A DNA stretch of 64,000 bases from Stegostoma tigrinum (GCF_030684315.1 NC_081371.1:40802390-40866389); one strand, 5' to 3'; positions 1 to 12,959 are shown, counted from the stretch's first letter. Notes: generated by a model from the letters alone, not told the origin. Numbers and translations are program-made.

Positions 1-689
1 TCATGCCGTTGAGAATAAATGTTGTGCTGGGAACTTTGCACTTTAACTCCTTTATTTAATAGTGCACATAGCTGGGCTCAGGGCTGTCCCCTTGCAGGGC
101 ACTCTACTGACAGCCTGCACAATGGGATGGCAAATATCTAGTTTTGCTACAATAAAGTGATGTAGCCTTTTTAATAATAAACAGCTGCAAGTGAAAGGGA
201 AAGTACTACAAATCTGTCCAAAACTACTGTGTGTAAAAACTAAAATCAGCAAAATGATGTTGGGGATCAAAACATTTTTAACTCAGAGTCTTGTCAATAG
301 GGGAAGAGAATAAGGGAAAGCATGAAATGCAGACCCGTCAGAATCATATGAAGCCATTTAATGGATAGTGAACTAGAAATGCTGCTGCGGCAAAATGCTC
401 TCTCTTCGGACACTCTTGTCATCACCCAGGTTCAGCACTACAGGACCTACAGTGTGGAGCTGGGGAAACGTTGAACAATAGCTAAAGACCGTAACTAGTT
501 ACCAAGGCAATCAACCACAGGTTTATGGATGAAGCATTTTACACCATTGTGTTGCCTGTCAACCTGCTATACTTATCATGCATGCACATACTTCAACAGA
601 GCATAAGTCTTTAATTGCAACTTACAACTAAAGCACATGGCAGAATGATATGCTGAAGTTCTACACACAGAAGATTATTTAAATATAGG

Positions 690-880
690 AGGCAGATTTC
701 CTTCCCTAAGGGCCTTAATGAATCAGATGAGTTTATAACAATTGACAGAGGTTATACACTCATCGTTAGAGCAGATTTTAACTTTCTGCCATCGGCAGGA
801 TTTGAACACATCATCAGCTCATTCACCTGGTACTCTAGATTACTAGCCCAGTGATATTACCACTACAGCACTACATCCCA
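690..880 (-). mobile_element. Degenerate tRNA-derived SINE fragment (SacSINE1/DeuSINE-like)
   Basis: Similar to the better copy at 8555-8905 (gcagatttccttccctaag...ttaatgaatcagatg...ggcaggatttgaac...attactagcccagtgat). Confidence 0.55.
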
Positions 881-2295
881 CTGAATATTGTTTAGACTGT
901 TGGTCCAGATCCACATGAAAATGAGAAAGAATCTTAAAATGTCTTTCTTTGTTAGCCAATGTATCAGTTTGCTACCTCTTTAGGCAGCAACTTGCCTGAT
1001 TCTGTAAATGATACCCAAACTCCCTGAGAAGGGACAGTGAGACTACTGGTGACTCGACTGCCAGTGGATTTTGTCCAACCAATCTGTTCATGGATGTTAG
1101 TACACACTCCTGGAGCAGGTGGGACTTGAGCCAGGGCCTCCAGGCTCAAAGGTGGTGACATTATGACTACACCACACAATGCCTTTCAGGGAAGGTTGCA
1201 TATTGAAGGGAGGCTGCAGGGGTCCTTCTAATAAAATAGGCATTGATACCTGACATTGGCCAGTTTTTCTTAGTCACTGTCAGGAGTATTGTTGGTTCTT
1301 CCACTAATTATCTCCCTGGCATGCCAAGCTTCATTTTGAAGTGCCTTAGTCATTAAGTACAATGAATTGAGCACTTTTAAAAACCATTCCTCCTCATTCA
1401 TTTCACATGAAGTTACCAATCAGTATGCACTCTATAACAATACAACTGGATGCCTTGTCACTGCTTGAGATGAAGTGAAAGCTTGCTTTCCAAGAATAGC
1501 TATTCAGATCCTTGTGTTATTATGAAAATTCTCCAGACTTTCTGAACAAACACTTCCAAAAATGAAATGACGTTATGGAAATCCCACAAAACAGCTCCAA
1601 TTCTTTTTAGGAGTACACTTAAATGGACATGCAAATTGAGCAATATCAAATTCATATTATTAGTTTTATGCCTGGGGCTGTGAACTAGAAATCTCCTCCT
1701 TTGCTTCCTTTTACATCCACTCCATGTTCTGTAATGAGTGGATTGTGCAGTCCCATTGTAAAAGATAAGAATTCACTGCAAGCATATTTGCATAACAGAT
1801 GCTTAGACAAATTACGCAAGAATGTAATCTTGAAACTTCATTAGACTGCCCAATCCATGACTCTAGCAGGATCAAAAAATCCTGATCCTGACTGAATTGG
1901 AACTGATTTCTTATCAGATGAGGGAGCATAAAGAAATGGGCAGAATATCTTTGTAAGAGAATGGATTGGTGATTGATGTTATTCCTCACATAGAATACTG
2001 AGTATTTAGACAGAAACTGAACTAGTCCCTGTGCTGATTCAAGCCCACTGAAAGCTACAAAACCACCAGCTGCTGCATAGGAGGATGCTTTTGCATAAAC
2101 GCAATCCAGTATATTCATTTTGACATGGCACTACTCGTCCATCACATAGAGTGGGTCACACAATTGCCCTTTTGCAAATGGTGAACATCACAAAATTACA
2201 AACAAGTTGCAGGGGCAAATGAGTAATGCATTTGTAAGTAATTAACTGTCAGGAAAACACATTAATTGTAGAAGGTGAAGTTTATAATTCATTAC

Positions 2296-2434
2296 CTCGG
2301 TACAACAACTGTCTCAAACAGCTCTATCAATTTCCGAGAAATAGACTCCTTTGTCTTTTTTTGTACCTTGTAAGCAAGCTCACTCCAATTCTGGCAGAAT
2401 GGCACATCATATGAAGCATGAAGCCAGCTCAATT
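2296..2434 (-). CDS. Unnamed tandem-CH-domain gene, coding exon 10 (139 nt, phase 1 to 2): (E)LSWLHASYDVPFCQNWSELAYKVQKKTKESISRKLIELFETVVVP
   Basis: Acceptor attgtattgcAG, donor AG|GTAATG. Open frame, and phase matches the preceding exon (AAT G|AA = N,E). Confidence 0.8.
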
Positions 2435-2771
2435 CTGCAATACAATGATTAATTTTCGATTAAATAATGACAAACTTTCTGTCCCATTGGTTGTGGAATT
2501 TACCACATATGTCATTCTCTGCTAAATAACGTATTTTTTTTTATAATTGCTCAAATAATTGCAGAAAAACACCAGAAAATCTTTTCCTTCTCTTACAGAA
2601 AATCTAATCATGCTTTTACAAGAAATCTCTAAGAAGTGCAATTGTAGAAATTCACTTGAAGACAAATCAATATGAATCAGTGGCCTGAATTGTTATTCTG
2701 CTAAAAGAAGTAGGCAAGATGGTCCAGATTGCAAATAACTTGTAAATGAGTAGCATTTGTATCATCAACAG

Positions 2772-4160
2772 CCACTGGTGAAGTGCCAGAAGGCTAATTT
2801 GGTGCCATTACTTAAGAAAGGCTGTAAGAAGAAGCCAGGGAACGATGGACCAGTGAACCCTGCTTAAGTGGTGAGTAAGTTGTTAGAGGAGATTCTGAGG
2901 GACACGATTTACATGCATTTGGAAAGTAATTAGGGATAGTCAACATGACTTTGTGTATGGGAAATCATGACTCCCTAACTTGTTTGAGATTTTTGAAGAA
3001 GTGACAAAGAAGGTTGTTGAAGGCAGAATGGTAGAAGTTGTCATGTGGACTTCAGCAAAACATTTGACATGGTTCCACATGGTAGACTGGTTAATAAGGT
3101 TAGATCACCTGGGATCCAAAGGGAAGCTAGCCAATTAGATACAAAATTGGCTTTAATGTTATAGACAGAAGGTGGTGATAGAGGATTGCTTTTCAGATTG
3201 TGGTGTGTCACAAAGATCACTGTTAGATCCACCGCTTTTCATCATTTATATTCAGATTTGGATGTGAATATCAGAGGTATGGTTTGCAGATGACAACAAC
3301 ACAGGCACTGTAGTGGACAACGGAAAAAATTGTCTCATAATACAATGTTATCTTGATCCGATGGATCAATGGCTGAGAAGTGGCAGATGGAGTTTCATTT
3401 AGATAAATGTGAGATGTTGCAATTTAGTAGGGTAAACCAGGGCAGAACTTTATACAATTAATGGTAGAGCCCCAGGGGCTATTGCCAAACAAAGAGACCA
3501 GGGATGAGGGTATCTAGTTCCTTGAAAGTGGAATCACAGATAGACAAGGTGGTGAAGGTGGCATTTGGCATGCTTGCCTTCATTGGTCAGAACATTGAGC
3601 ACAGGAGCTAGGAAGTTATGTTGTGGCTGTACAGGACATTGGGGAAGCCACTTTTAGAATACTCCATACAATGCTGGCCACCTTTCAGAAAGAAAGGTGT
3701 TGTTAAACCTGTGAGGATGCAGAAAAGATTCACAAGGATGTTGCTGACTCTGGAGGGTTAGGGTTACAGTTACAGGAAGATGTTGAATAGCCTGGGCCTA
3801 GAACTTCGGAGGCTGACAGGTGATCTTTTAAGGTGGATAGGGTGAATAGCCAAGGTTGTCTTCCTTGAGTGGAGGATCCAAGACTAGAGAGCATAGGTTT
3901 AAGGTGAGAGGGAGAGATTTTAAAAGAGACGGATGGGTAATTGTTTCACAGAGAGGGTGGTACATGTATGGAATGAGCTGCCAGAGTAAGTTGTGGAGGC
4001 AGGTACATGTAAAAGACACCTGGATGCATCTATGAATAGGAAGGGTTTAGAGTGATATGGGCCAAATGCTGGCAAATGCAACTGCATATCGAAATATCTG
4101 ATTGGCGCAGACATGTTGGACTGAAGGGTCTGTTTCCGTGCTGTACGATTTTATGACTCT
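2772..4160 (+). mobile_element. CR1 LINE, 5'-truncated and degenerate (RT region to 3' tail)
   Basis: Broken ORF2 motifs (PLLKKGCKKKPGN; DFSKTFDMVPH; FADD). CR1 3' end ctgtttccgtgctgtacgattttatgactct. Confidence 0.9.
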
Positions 4161-4299
4161 GGAAGAGGCCATAACATAGCATGACTTTGATACCTGATCT
4201 ATTATCTATCTATGTGACATACAAGGTCTTTGGAAAAGCAGAGGAATCTGGATTGATTGTAAAGGTTGTCATTGTGTAATTTTGTGGGAATTTTTTCTT

Positions 4300-4690
4300 A
4301 ATAATTCATGTTATGTTGGCATACTGGGCAAAACTATCTTAATTGACCATCAGACACCTTAGGACTCTTAAAGTATGGCCTCAGGACACTGCAAATAAAA
4401 ATACTGCAAGTCTGTTTCTGGGTAGTTAACATTCTTCCACACTGTGATACTGCATAAAATTTGCAGATTTTTCATTTCTCATGGACATTAATGAACCAGT
4501 TGGGTTTTTGGACGTAACCACTAGTTTCGTGATCATCATTATTGTTTACTTGCTTTTCATTCCTAATTTATTTATCTGAATTTAAGTTTCCTAGTTGTTA
4601 TGGTGAGATCTGATCTCAGATTTCTGGCTCATTAGCAAAGGCCTCTGAGTTATTAGAGTGGCAATATAACTACTCTGATATCAACCCCAA
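4300..4690 (-). mobile_element. Degenerate SacSINE1-like SINE
   Basis: Patchy similarity to 8555-8905 (gcagattt...ggacattaatgaaccagttgggttttt...gaatttaagtttcc). Confidence 0.45.
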
Positions 4691-6213
4691 ATGTGAAAGG
4701 AACTTCCATTGCGAACAGTGTGTTGGAAGTGAAGTGTTAGTTTGTGGCTTTGGTGGGAGGGAGATTTTTGGGTGCAAAAGCATAGGGATTGGCAGTTGTT
4801 AAGTGTTGGAGAGGTATTTATCTGGATGTGTAAATATTCAGAAAGGAATCAAGTAGACAGTAACAAGTAGAGGCAAGCAATCTTTGACACAGAAGGGTTT
4901 CTTTTGTTGAAAATCTGACAATGGGATGAGAGATCAGCAGAGTGAATGCTGGAATTTAGGGCTATGAGTGAAGAAAATGGTCAGACTTGGGATTTCATTC
5001 AGGGGAATGTTGGGTTTTGACCACATTGGTGATGGTTTATGGACTAGTGCTATTGGAGATATCAAAGGATTTGGGAAAATTAGGAATGTGATTCATATAG
5101 GAAAATCAGGATAGCTACAACAGGAAAAGGTAGGAAGAAAATGCTGATGGAACGAGTGAGAGACAGCATAAGTTGATATTGGACAAGTAACCCAATTGTT
5201 GTGGAAAACAACATCATCCCACTTGGTATTACATTTTAAGAGCTCAGAAGGTCATGGATCTGCAGCCAGTCATGTGGTAAGTATAAGCCCGCAGTAAACA
5301 AAATAAGGAACAGCAGGTTACAATTTGGGTGGTTATTTTTCTGATCATCCATTGTCCTTTTGCCAGAAGTGGACACGCTGGAGAAACAGCATATAAACTA
5401 CTTACAGCATTTCTCCACGGTATCAGCAGATTTTCAGTGTGAACAATTAGAAGATCTCTTATGGAAATTCACCACCAACAAATTTAAGCATGACACCCAG
5501 GTGTAACAAGCAATGGAATGAAAATAGCAGGAACAGAAAGTATTGTTTGACATATGCAGTATATAAAAGACAAATTTTATTTTACTAATCCATGCATCAT
5601 TTCATAGAAATAAGTTTGTAGATTCCACATCTTGGAACAAGTCCTACTGGCACAGAATTATTCAGATGTTTAATTAGCAGAATGTTTAACAACCCTGTAA
5701 TACTAACCATCTTCACAAATGAACAATACAAAAATGTATGAAGTAGGAGCAGGAATGAGCCACTTGGCTTCTTGAGCCTGCTCTGTCATTCAATAAGGTG
5801 ATGGCTCATTTGATCATTTCAAATTCCCACTGCCCATGATAATATTTGACCCCTTGTTAATCAAGACGTCACCAATCTCTGCCTTAAAATGATTTCAAGA
5901 CACGGGATGAATCATGTGTTTTTTGGCTATGTCAATTAGGTTTCATGTAGGGTTTCTCTCCATGAGGCCTGACAGGTTTTCCTGTCACATCTGAACAAAT
6001 TTGCTTCATTAATTACCTAGCCTACTCCTACGGCACCATTCTTGCCCAATTCTAGCCTGATTCTACAACTTGCCTGTATCTGGTACTACTCTCTGCTGTT
6101 GGGATATCCCAGAATGGATCAGCATCACTGTGTGCCATTTTTAAAAGTCTGGTGAGCAGCCAGACAAACATTGTCAGTGCAGAGCTGCCCAGTTCCTGAC
6201 ATCTGCCACAGAT

Positions 6214-6423
6214 ATGGCAGAGAAAGGAAAATTTGCACCCCGCTTGGCAGGCAGTCACCTGGGGGTTCTGCTGGATGAGGTAGTGCAGAGGTGCAATGTT
6301 TTCTTCTCTCAGGACTAACAGAGGAGGCCACCATACCAGCCTGTCCTAAAGTTGCAGAAGAGTTAGTGAAGCCTTAGTTGTATACACAGCAGTGTAGAAC
6401 AAAGATTATTGCTCTGTTCCACT
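6214..6423 (+). pseudogene. Remnant of a Myb/SANT-like ORF from a PIF/Harbinger transposon
   Basis: ATG at 6214 reads MAEKGKFAPRLAGSHLGVLLDEVVQRCNVFFSQD*, then after a frameshift PACPKVAEEL. This resembles the APRF..LLDEV..R..VLF....AW..VA..V pattern of Harbinger Myb/SANT-like proteins. Confidence 0.55.
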
Positions 6424-7079
6424 TGTTATGGACCAGCCCAAACCCCTCATAATAAATCAAGGAAATAGCCTGCACCCTAACTTTTTCTTCTTTTAACAGC
6501 AAATGTAAGGCATTGAATTCCAGATGCAATCTGATTGGTCAAACTAATCAGCTTAATTCTTTTATTTTTATTTGCCCACTTCAGTTAAAATATAGATAAA
6601 AAATAAAATAAAAGAATTGGATTAACTAATTCTATCAAAATGCTCAAAAAAGTAATATGTTTGTTAACTGCTACTGTTCAATCGTTCCAATACAGCAGCA
6701 TTCTGTAAATACCCTTGGCAAAAGCAAATTTAGCAAAATAGATCTCCTGTATTTGTTGTCCAGATGAGGAGAAAGGAAAACCTCAAAAGCAGAAAAGAGA
6801 GAGCTCGCGCTTTTGCAGTAGCAAAGAGCGGGCCTTCCCCAAAATCCCGGTCCAACTGAAAAGCGAAACCTGTTTGTTGTCTGTGTGATCTTGACTCCAT
6901 CCACTCTTGCTTTTTCTTCTTTAAAATAACAAAGCCAGCTACATTGCTGGGCTGAGAGCAGACAGCTCAACTCCAAGTTTACAAAACTTGCTTTCAAATG
7001 AAACAAGACAGAACAATTCCATCTGAAAGGCTCATCTCGTAAAACACTCCTCCAGCATAACCTTCTCTCTGATACCACA
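6424..7079. mobile_element. Probable solo LTR
   Basis: Starts TGTTAT and ends ACCACA. Flanked by a 4-bp direct repeat CACT (6420-6423, 7080-7083) and interrupts the Myb/SANT-like remnant. Confidence 0.6.
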
Positions 7080-7596
7080 CACTCACTTTATCTTTGCAGC
7101 TGTCTCCACTTCTTATCAAGGCTCATCGTCTACTCAATCACTATCAACATCTTCCCCCACTTGCTCTCACCTGTTGCATCCTCCAACACCACAAACTGTG
7201 TATGCCTGCTACACTGCTTACTCACCCTCTGGGGACACCTCTCTACCTGCACCATTAGTAACAGCTGTGCCACCCACTTTCATCTCCCATTATACCTGCC
7301 TCTCACTAATTCCAGGAGGAAAGTAACCCCCCAATAAAGAGTCAAAACACATGGCATGCTTTCTGACATTCAGCTCCTAACCTATTATGTGGAGACTATC
7401 CTGGCTCTGGCCATCCAGAGTGGCTGACTGATTAGTCCAAGCTCATAGACTGGTATCAAAGGCTGGCCTTCGCTTCCTTCACCAGAACCTTGTGATCAAA
7501 GGCTATCTCTCTTGACTTGATTAAGGACTGCTAATAACCATGACAAAGTTCTCGCCTTTGTGTCTGTGCTAAATAGCAAAGCATACAGAGGTACTG

Positions 7597-7945
7597 TGAT
7601 AACAAAGTGTGAAGCTGGATGAACATAGCAGGTCAAGCAGCATCTCAGGAGCACAAAAACTGACGTTTCAGGCCCAGACCCTTCATCAGAGAGGGGGATG
7701 GGGAGAGTGTTCTGGAATAAAAAGGGAGAGAGGGGGAGGTGGACAGAAGATGGATAGAGGAGAAGATAGGTGGAGAGGAGAGTATAGGTGGGGAGGGGAT
7801 AGGTCAGTCCGAGGAGGACGGACAGGTCAAGGAGGCGGGATGAGGTTGGTCGGTGGGAAATGGAGATGTGGCTTGAGGTGGGAGGAGGGGATAGGTGAGA
7901 GGAAGAACAGGTTAGGGAGGCAGGGATGAGCTGGGCTGGTATTTC
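7597..7945 (-). mobile_element. Penelope-like element (Neptune-type), 3' end/pseudo-LTR only
   Basis: Closely matches 11078-11430 and 32734-33090. Contains ctgatgaagggtctgggcctgaaacgtcag on the - strand. Confidence 0.9.
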
Positions 7946-8554
7946 TGACTGAGAGGCAAGGTAAATCGAGACAAGTCAGGGATGGTGCGAGCATCCAAAT
8001 AGGCTCAAAGTAGGTGAGCCCAAAGAGAGCAAGAAAACAGTCCAGTGGTGTAATTTGGTCCTTCATGTGCCAGGGGCATGTTGCAACAGGCAAGAGTCCT
8101 TGCTGAGGAATTACAATGATAGTTTCTGTAGTGATCACAGGTACAACATTGAAGTGCAAAAATATACTGTTATATGCTCAGAGGATGGAACACATTGGAT
8201 GTCATTGACATGATGATGGGGTGCATGTAGCCAGTTCCCATTTAGTATTCCCTGAACTATTGGTTTCTCCCGTCTTTGGCGCAACTGGAATAGCTGAATA
8301 CCTACTTTGACATCCATGTTTAGAATTGCTCATATCTAGTTTGCTCACAGTGGATGGTAGGAAGGAAAGCCACAAAACTTGCAGTTAGTAAAGTTGTTCA
8401 TAAGTAATTGTCCCCCTTACTAGATAATTTACCACTGTTTAGCAGGAATTTCTCCTGGGTGTCCGGAACTTAGTTAAAAAAATTAATGAGTTGCTTCCAG
8501 TGTTGAGAAAGGTCTCCCTGGATGTCTTGTACAATTCCACCAGACCTTTTTTTG

Positions 8555-8905
8555 CCTTTATTCATTAATGGGATGAGGGCATTGCTAGCTAGGAAGCATT
8601 TATTGCCCATCCCTAATTACCCAGTGGGCAGTTTAGAGTCAACCACATTGCTATTGATCTGGAGTCACATGTAGGCCAGACCCAGTAAGGATGGCAATTT
8701 CCTTCCCTCAAGAACATTAGTGAATGAGAAGGGTTTTACTGACAATTGACAATGGATTCATGGTTACCATTAGATTCTTAATTCTAGACATTTCACTGAA
8801 TTCAAATTCCACCATTTGCCATGGCAGGATCTGAGCCTGGGCCCCCAGAACATTTCTGGCCTCTGGATTAACAGTCCAGCAATGATACCAGTAGGCCATC
8901 ACTTC
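8555..8905 (-). mobile_element. tRNA-derived SINE (SacSINE1/DeuSINE-like)
   Basis: The - strand starts with a tRNA-like head (tggcctactggtatcattgctggactgttaatccagagg) and ends gccctcatcccattaatgaataaa. Related copies occur at 690, 4300, 17440 and 43577. Confidence 0.7.
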
Positions 8906-8929
8906 CCTTTCGATATTCCATATTGCTCT

Positions 8930-11035
8930 GGCCACTATAAGATTCCACCCATGGCTTCTAACATGTTTTGAGAAAGACAGTTCTAAAGACTTACGGCTTG
9001 TGACTGCGATTACAAAAAATTCTCCTCGTCTCTGTCTTAAGTGGGTGGACACTTACTTTAAAACAGTGACCCATTGTTCTAGAATTTCCACAAGAAGAAA
9101 CATCTTTTATTCATCCACTCAATCAAGACCCCTCAGGATTTTACACGTTTCAATCAAGTCACACATACTCTTCTAAACTCCAGCACCTGCAAGCTGAACC
9201 TGTTCAACTCTTCTCCTAAGACAACCTGCTCATTTCAGGTATTAATCTAGTAAACCTTTCCCCAACTGCTTCAAACACATTTTGATCCATCCTCAAGTAA
9301 GAAGACAATACAGTACACAGCACTCTAAATGTGCTCTTATCAATGTCCTGCGTAGCTGAAGCATGACCTTTCTACTTTTGTATTCAGTCCCTCTTTTACT
9401 GAATGATATTATTCCAGTAGCTTTACTAATTACTTATTGAATCTGCATGTAACCTCATGTAATTCATACACTTGGACACCCATATGCTGCTAAATCTCAT
9501 AACCGCAATCTCTGAATATTTAGATAATTTGCTCCTTTTTATTCATCCTGCCATAGACTCATAGAGGTATATAGCATGGTAACAGACCCTTCAGTCCAAC
9601 TCATCCATACTGACCAGACATCCTAACTAAATCTAGTCCCATTTGCTAGCATTTGGCTCATATCCCTATAAACTCTTCCTATTCATATACCCATCCAGAT
9701 GCCTTTTAAGTGTCGTAATTGTACTGGCTTCCACCACTTCCTCTGGCAACACATTCCATACACACACCACCTGCTGCATGAAAACGTTATCACTTAGGTC
9801 CCTTTTAAAGCTTTCCCCTCTCACCTTAAATCTGTGCCCTCTAGTTTTGGAATCCCCCCACCCCACAGAAAAGACCTTGTCTATTTATCTTATCCAAGAC
9901 CCGCGTGATTTATAAACCCCAATAAGGTCACCCCTCGGCCTCCGAAGGTCCAGGGAAAATAGCTCCAGGCTCTCCCTTAAATCAAACCATCCAATCCTGG
10001 CAACATTCTTGTAAATCCTTTCTGAACCCTTTAAGTTCCACAACATTCTTCTGATAGCAGGGAGACAAAAATTGAATGCAGTACTCCAATAGTGGCCTAA
10101 CCAATGTCCTGTACAACCGTAACATGACCTCCCAACTCCTTTTCTCAATGCAATGTCCAATAAAGGCAAGCATACCAGACGGCTTCTTCACTATCCTATC
10201 TACCTGCGACTCCATTTTCAAGGAACTATGAACCAGCACTCCAAGGTTTCGATCTTTAGCAACACTCCCCAGGACCTTACCATTAAGTGTATAAGTTCTG
10301 CCCTGATTTGCTTTTCCAAAATGCAGCACATCACATTTATTTAACTTAAACTTCATTTGCCACTCGTTGGTCCATTGGCACATCTGATCAAAATCCCAAA
10401 ATAGACAATTTCACATGATACTCCTTTTGTTAGACATTTTTCTTCCCCCATTTACCACCTACTTATTTACCTTCGAATGTCCTTTTTAAAAACTTACTTT
10501 CCTGTCTACCTTTGTGTCAACAGCAAAAGTAGTAACCATACCTTTGGTGCCTTCACTCGAGTCATTTACATAAATTATAAAAAATTTGAGGCCAAGGCAC
10601 TGATCCTTAGGATACACTGCTTGTCACATGTTGCCAAAAAAGAATGTCCCATTTACAACTACTCTCTGTTTCCTGCTAGCTAGCAAATCTTCTGCCTATG
10701 TGTTATGTTAACACTACGCCATGGGGTCTTATTTTCCACAATAGCTGTTAATGCAGCACTTTAACAAAAAGTCTTCTAGAAATCTAAATACAATACATCA
10801 ACTGGTCCCCTCTATGCACATCACATTATTTCTTCAAAGCACTCCAAAGAGTTGTTTATAGATGAGTTTCCTTTCACAGAAGTATGTTGGCTCTGCTGGC
10901 TACCCTGAAATTCTCCGTAAGTACTCTGCTTCTGACACCTTCTCAATGACAGACATTAAGCTAACTGGCCTATAGTTTCCTGCTTTCTCTCCGCCTCCCT
11001 TTTTGAATAAGGAAGATACATTCTCTAAATACAGA
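8930..11035 (-). mobile_element. Old CR1 LINE split by a younger CR1 (9555-10400)
   Basis: The - strand at 10950-11030 encodes SLFKKGGGEKAGNYRPVSLMSVIEK. Degenerate RT and 3' sequence lies on both sides of the nested copy. Confidence 0.7.
9555..10400 (-). mobile_element. CR1 LINE 3' portion
   Basis: ORFs 9982-10383 (WQMKFKLNKCDVLHFG...LYRTLVRPLLEYCIQF) and 9666-9866 (KTRGHRFKVRG...WNVLPEEVVEA). The CR1 tail is at about 9555. Confidence 0.92.
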
Positions 11036-11077
11036 TCCTTATTTTTTCTATTTTGACAATTACAAATTCTTTCATAG

Positions 11078-12697
11078 ATAATAAAGTGTGAAGCTGGATG
11101 AACACAGCAGGCCAAGCAGCATCTCAGGAGCACAAAAGCTGACGTTTCGGGCCAAGACCCTTCATCAGAGAGGGGGATGGGGTGAGGGTTCTGGAATAAA
11201 TAGGGAGAGAGGGGGAGGCGGACCGAAGATGGAGAGAAAAGAAGATAGGTGGAGAGGAGATTATAGGTGGGGAGGTGGGGAGGGGATAGGTCAGTCCAGG
11301 GAAGACGGACAGGTCAAGGAGGTGGGATGAGGTTAGTAGGTAGGAGTTGGAGGTGCGGCTTCGGGTGGGAGGAAGGGATGGGTGAGAGGAAGAACCGGTT
11401 AGGGAGGCAGAGACAAGCTGGACTGGTTTTGGGATGCAGTGGGTGGAGGGGAAGAGCTGGGCTGGTTGTGTGGTGCAGTGGAGAGAGGGGACGAACTGGG
11501 CTGGTTTTGGGATGCGGTGGGGGAAGGGGAGATTTTGAAGCTGTTGAAGTCCACATTGATACCATTGGGCTGCAGGGTTCCCAAGCGGAATATGAGTTGC
11601 TGTTCCTGCAACCTTCGGGTGGCATCATTGTGGCACTGCAGGAGGCCCATGATGGACATGTCATCTAAAGAATGGGAGGGGGAGTGGAAATGGTTTGCGA
11701 CTGGGAGGTACAGTTGTTTATTGAGAACCGAGCGGAGGTGTTCTGCAAAGCGGTCCCCAAGCCTCCGCTTGGTTTCCCCAACGTAGAGGAAGCCACACCG
11801 GGTACAATGGATGCAGTATACCACATTGGCAGATGTGCAGGTGAACCTCTGCTTAATATGGAAAGTCATCTTGGGGCCTGGGATAGGGGTGACGGAGGAG
11901 GTGTGGGGGCAAGTGTAGCATTTCCTGCGGTTGCAGGGGAAGGTGCCGGGTGTGGTGGGGTTGGAGGGCAGTGTGGAGCGAACAAGGGAGTCACGGAGAG
12001 AGTGGTCTCTCCGGAAAGGAGACAAGGGTGGGGATGGAAAAGTGTCTTGAGTGGTGGGGTCGGATTGTAGATGGCGGAAGTGTCGGAGGATGATGCGTTG
12101 TATCCGGAGGTTGGTGGGGTGGTGTGTGAGAACGAGGGGGATCCTCTTAGGGCGGTTGTGGTGGGGGTGGGGTGTGAGGGATGTGTTGCGGGAAATGCGG
12201 GAGACGTGGTCAAGGGCATTCTCGACCACTGTGGGGGTAAAGTTGCGGTTCTTGAAGAACTTGGACATCTGGGAATTGCGGGAGTGGAATGCTTCATCAT
12301 GGGAACAGATGCGGCAGAGGCGGAGGAATTGGGAATAGGGGATGGAATTTTTGCAGGAGGGTGGGTGGGAGGAGGTGTATTCTAGGTAGCTGTGGGAGTC
12401 GGTGGGCTTGAAATGGACATCAGTTACAAGCTGGTTGCCTGAGATGCAGACTGAGAGGCCCAAGAAGGTGAGGGATGTGCTGGAGATGGCCCAGGTGAAC
12501 TGAAGGTTGGGGTGGAAGGTGTGTGTGAAGTGGATGAACTGTTCCAGCTCCTCTGGGGAGCAAGAGGCAGCGCAGACACAGTCATCAATGTAATGGAGGA
12601 AGAGGTGGGGTTTGGGGCCTGTGTAGGTGCGGAAGAGGGACTGTTCCACGTAACCTACAAAGAGGCAGGCATAGCTGGGGCCCATGCGGGTGCCCAA
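11078..12697 (-). mobile_element. Penelope-like retroelement (Neptune-type), 5'-truncated, with an uninterrupted RT C-terminus plus GIY-YIG endonuclease ORF
   Basis: 434-aa ORF 11399-12703 contains GTRMGPSYACLF, YIDD, a Cys linker CNRRKCYTC and GIY-YIG VVYCIHC..CGFLYVGET.RRL..RF.EH. The pseudo-LTR is at 11078-11170. Confidence 0.95.
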
Positions 12698-12832
12698 GGC
12701 CAAAATTAATTTTACCTGTTTTGTAGTATTGAGAACTTAAAATAAATGTCCACAATAGGAAATACTTTACACTAAATGACAAACATAAGATATACAGTAT
12801 GCAGTTGTGCTTTTGTAATGTGGTCCACCCAC

Positions 12833-12959
12833 CATTTTTGATTTTCTCCAGCTTTTCCTGTAACTCGCTTTTTTGAGTAGATTGAACTGACTCCAGGCCT
12901 TTGGCAGTGAAGGTTTTCAATTGTGACTGTAACTTATTCGTTAAAAGATGTAGCTCTCT
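12833..12959 (-). CDS. Unnamed tandem-CH-domain gene, coding exon 9 (127 nt, phase 0 to 1): RELHLLTNKLQSQLKTFTAKGLESVQSTQKSELQEKLEKIKN
   Basis: Acceptor ttgtttctttggcccAG, donor G|GTGGGT. Heptad-like L/Q/E/K pattern; phases match both neighbours. Confidence 0.85.

Noticed and set aside
592-627. Possible small - strand exon (VAIKDLCS-like frame, GTATGT donor)
   Set aside because: The protein-like frame is not in phase 2 from the available acceptor and has a stop just upstream; it is too short to support.
1711-2118. 135-aa ORF on the - strand inside the CH-gene span
   Set aside because: No acceptor in the required phase and no recognisable motif.
11088-12709. Many overlapping + strand and alternate-frame ORFs (likewise at 7609-8159, 32634-33956, 42538-43531)
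   Set aside because: Shadow frames of GC-rich Penelope-like elements, repeated in each copy.
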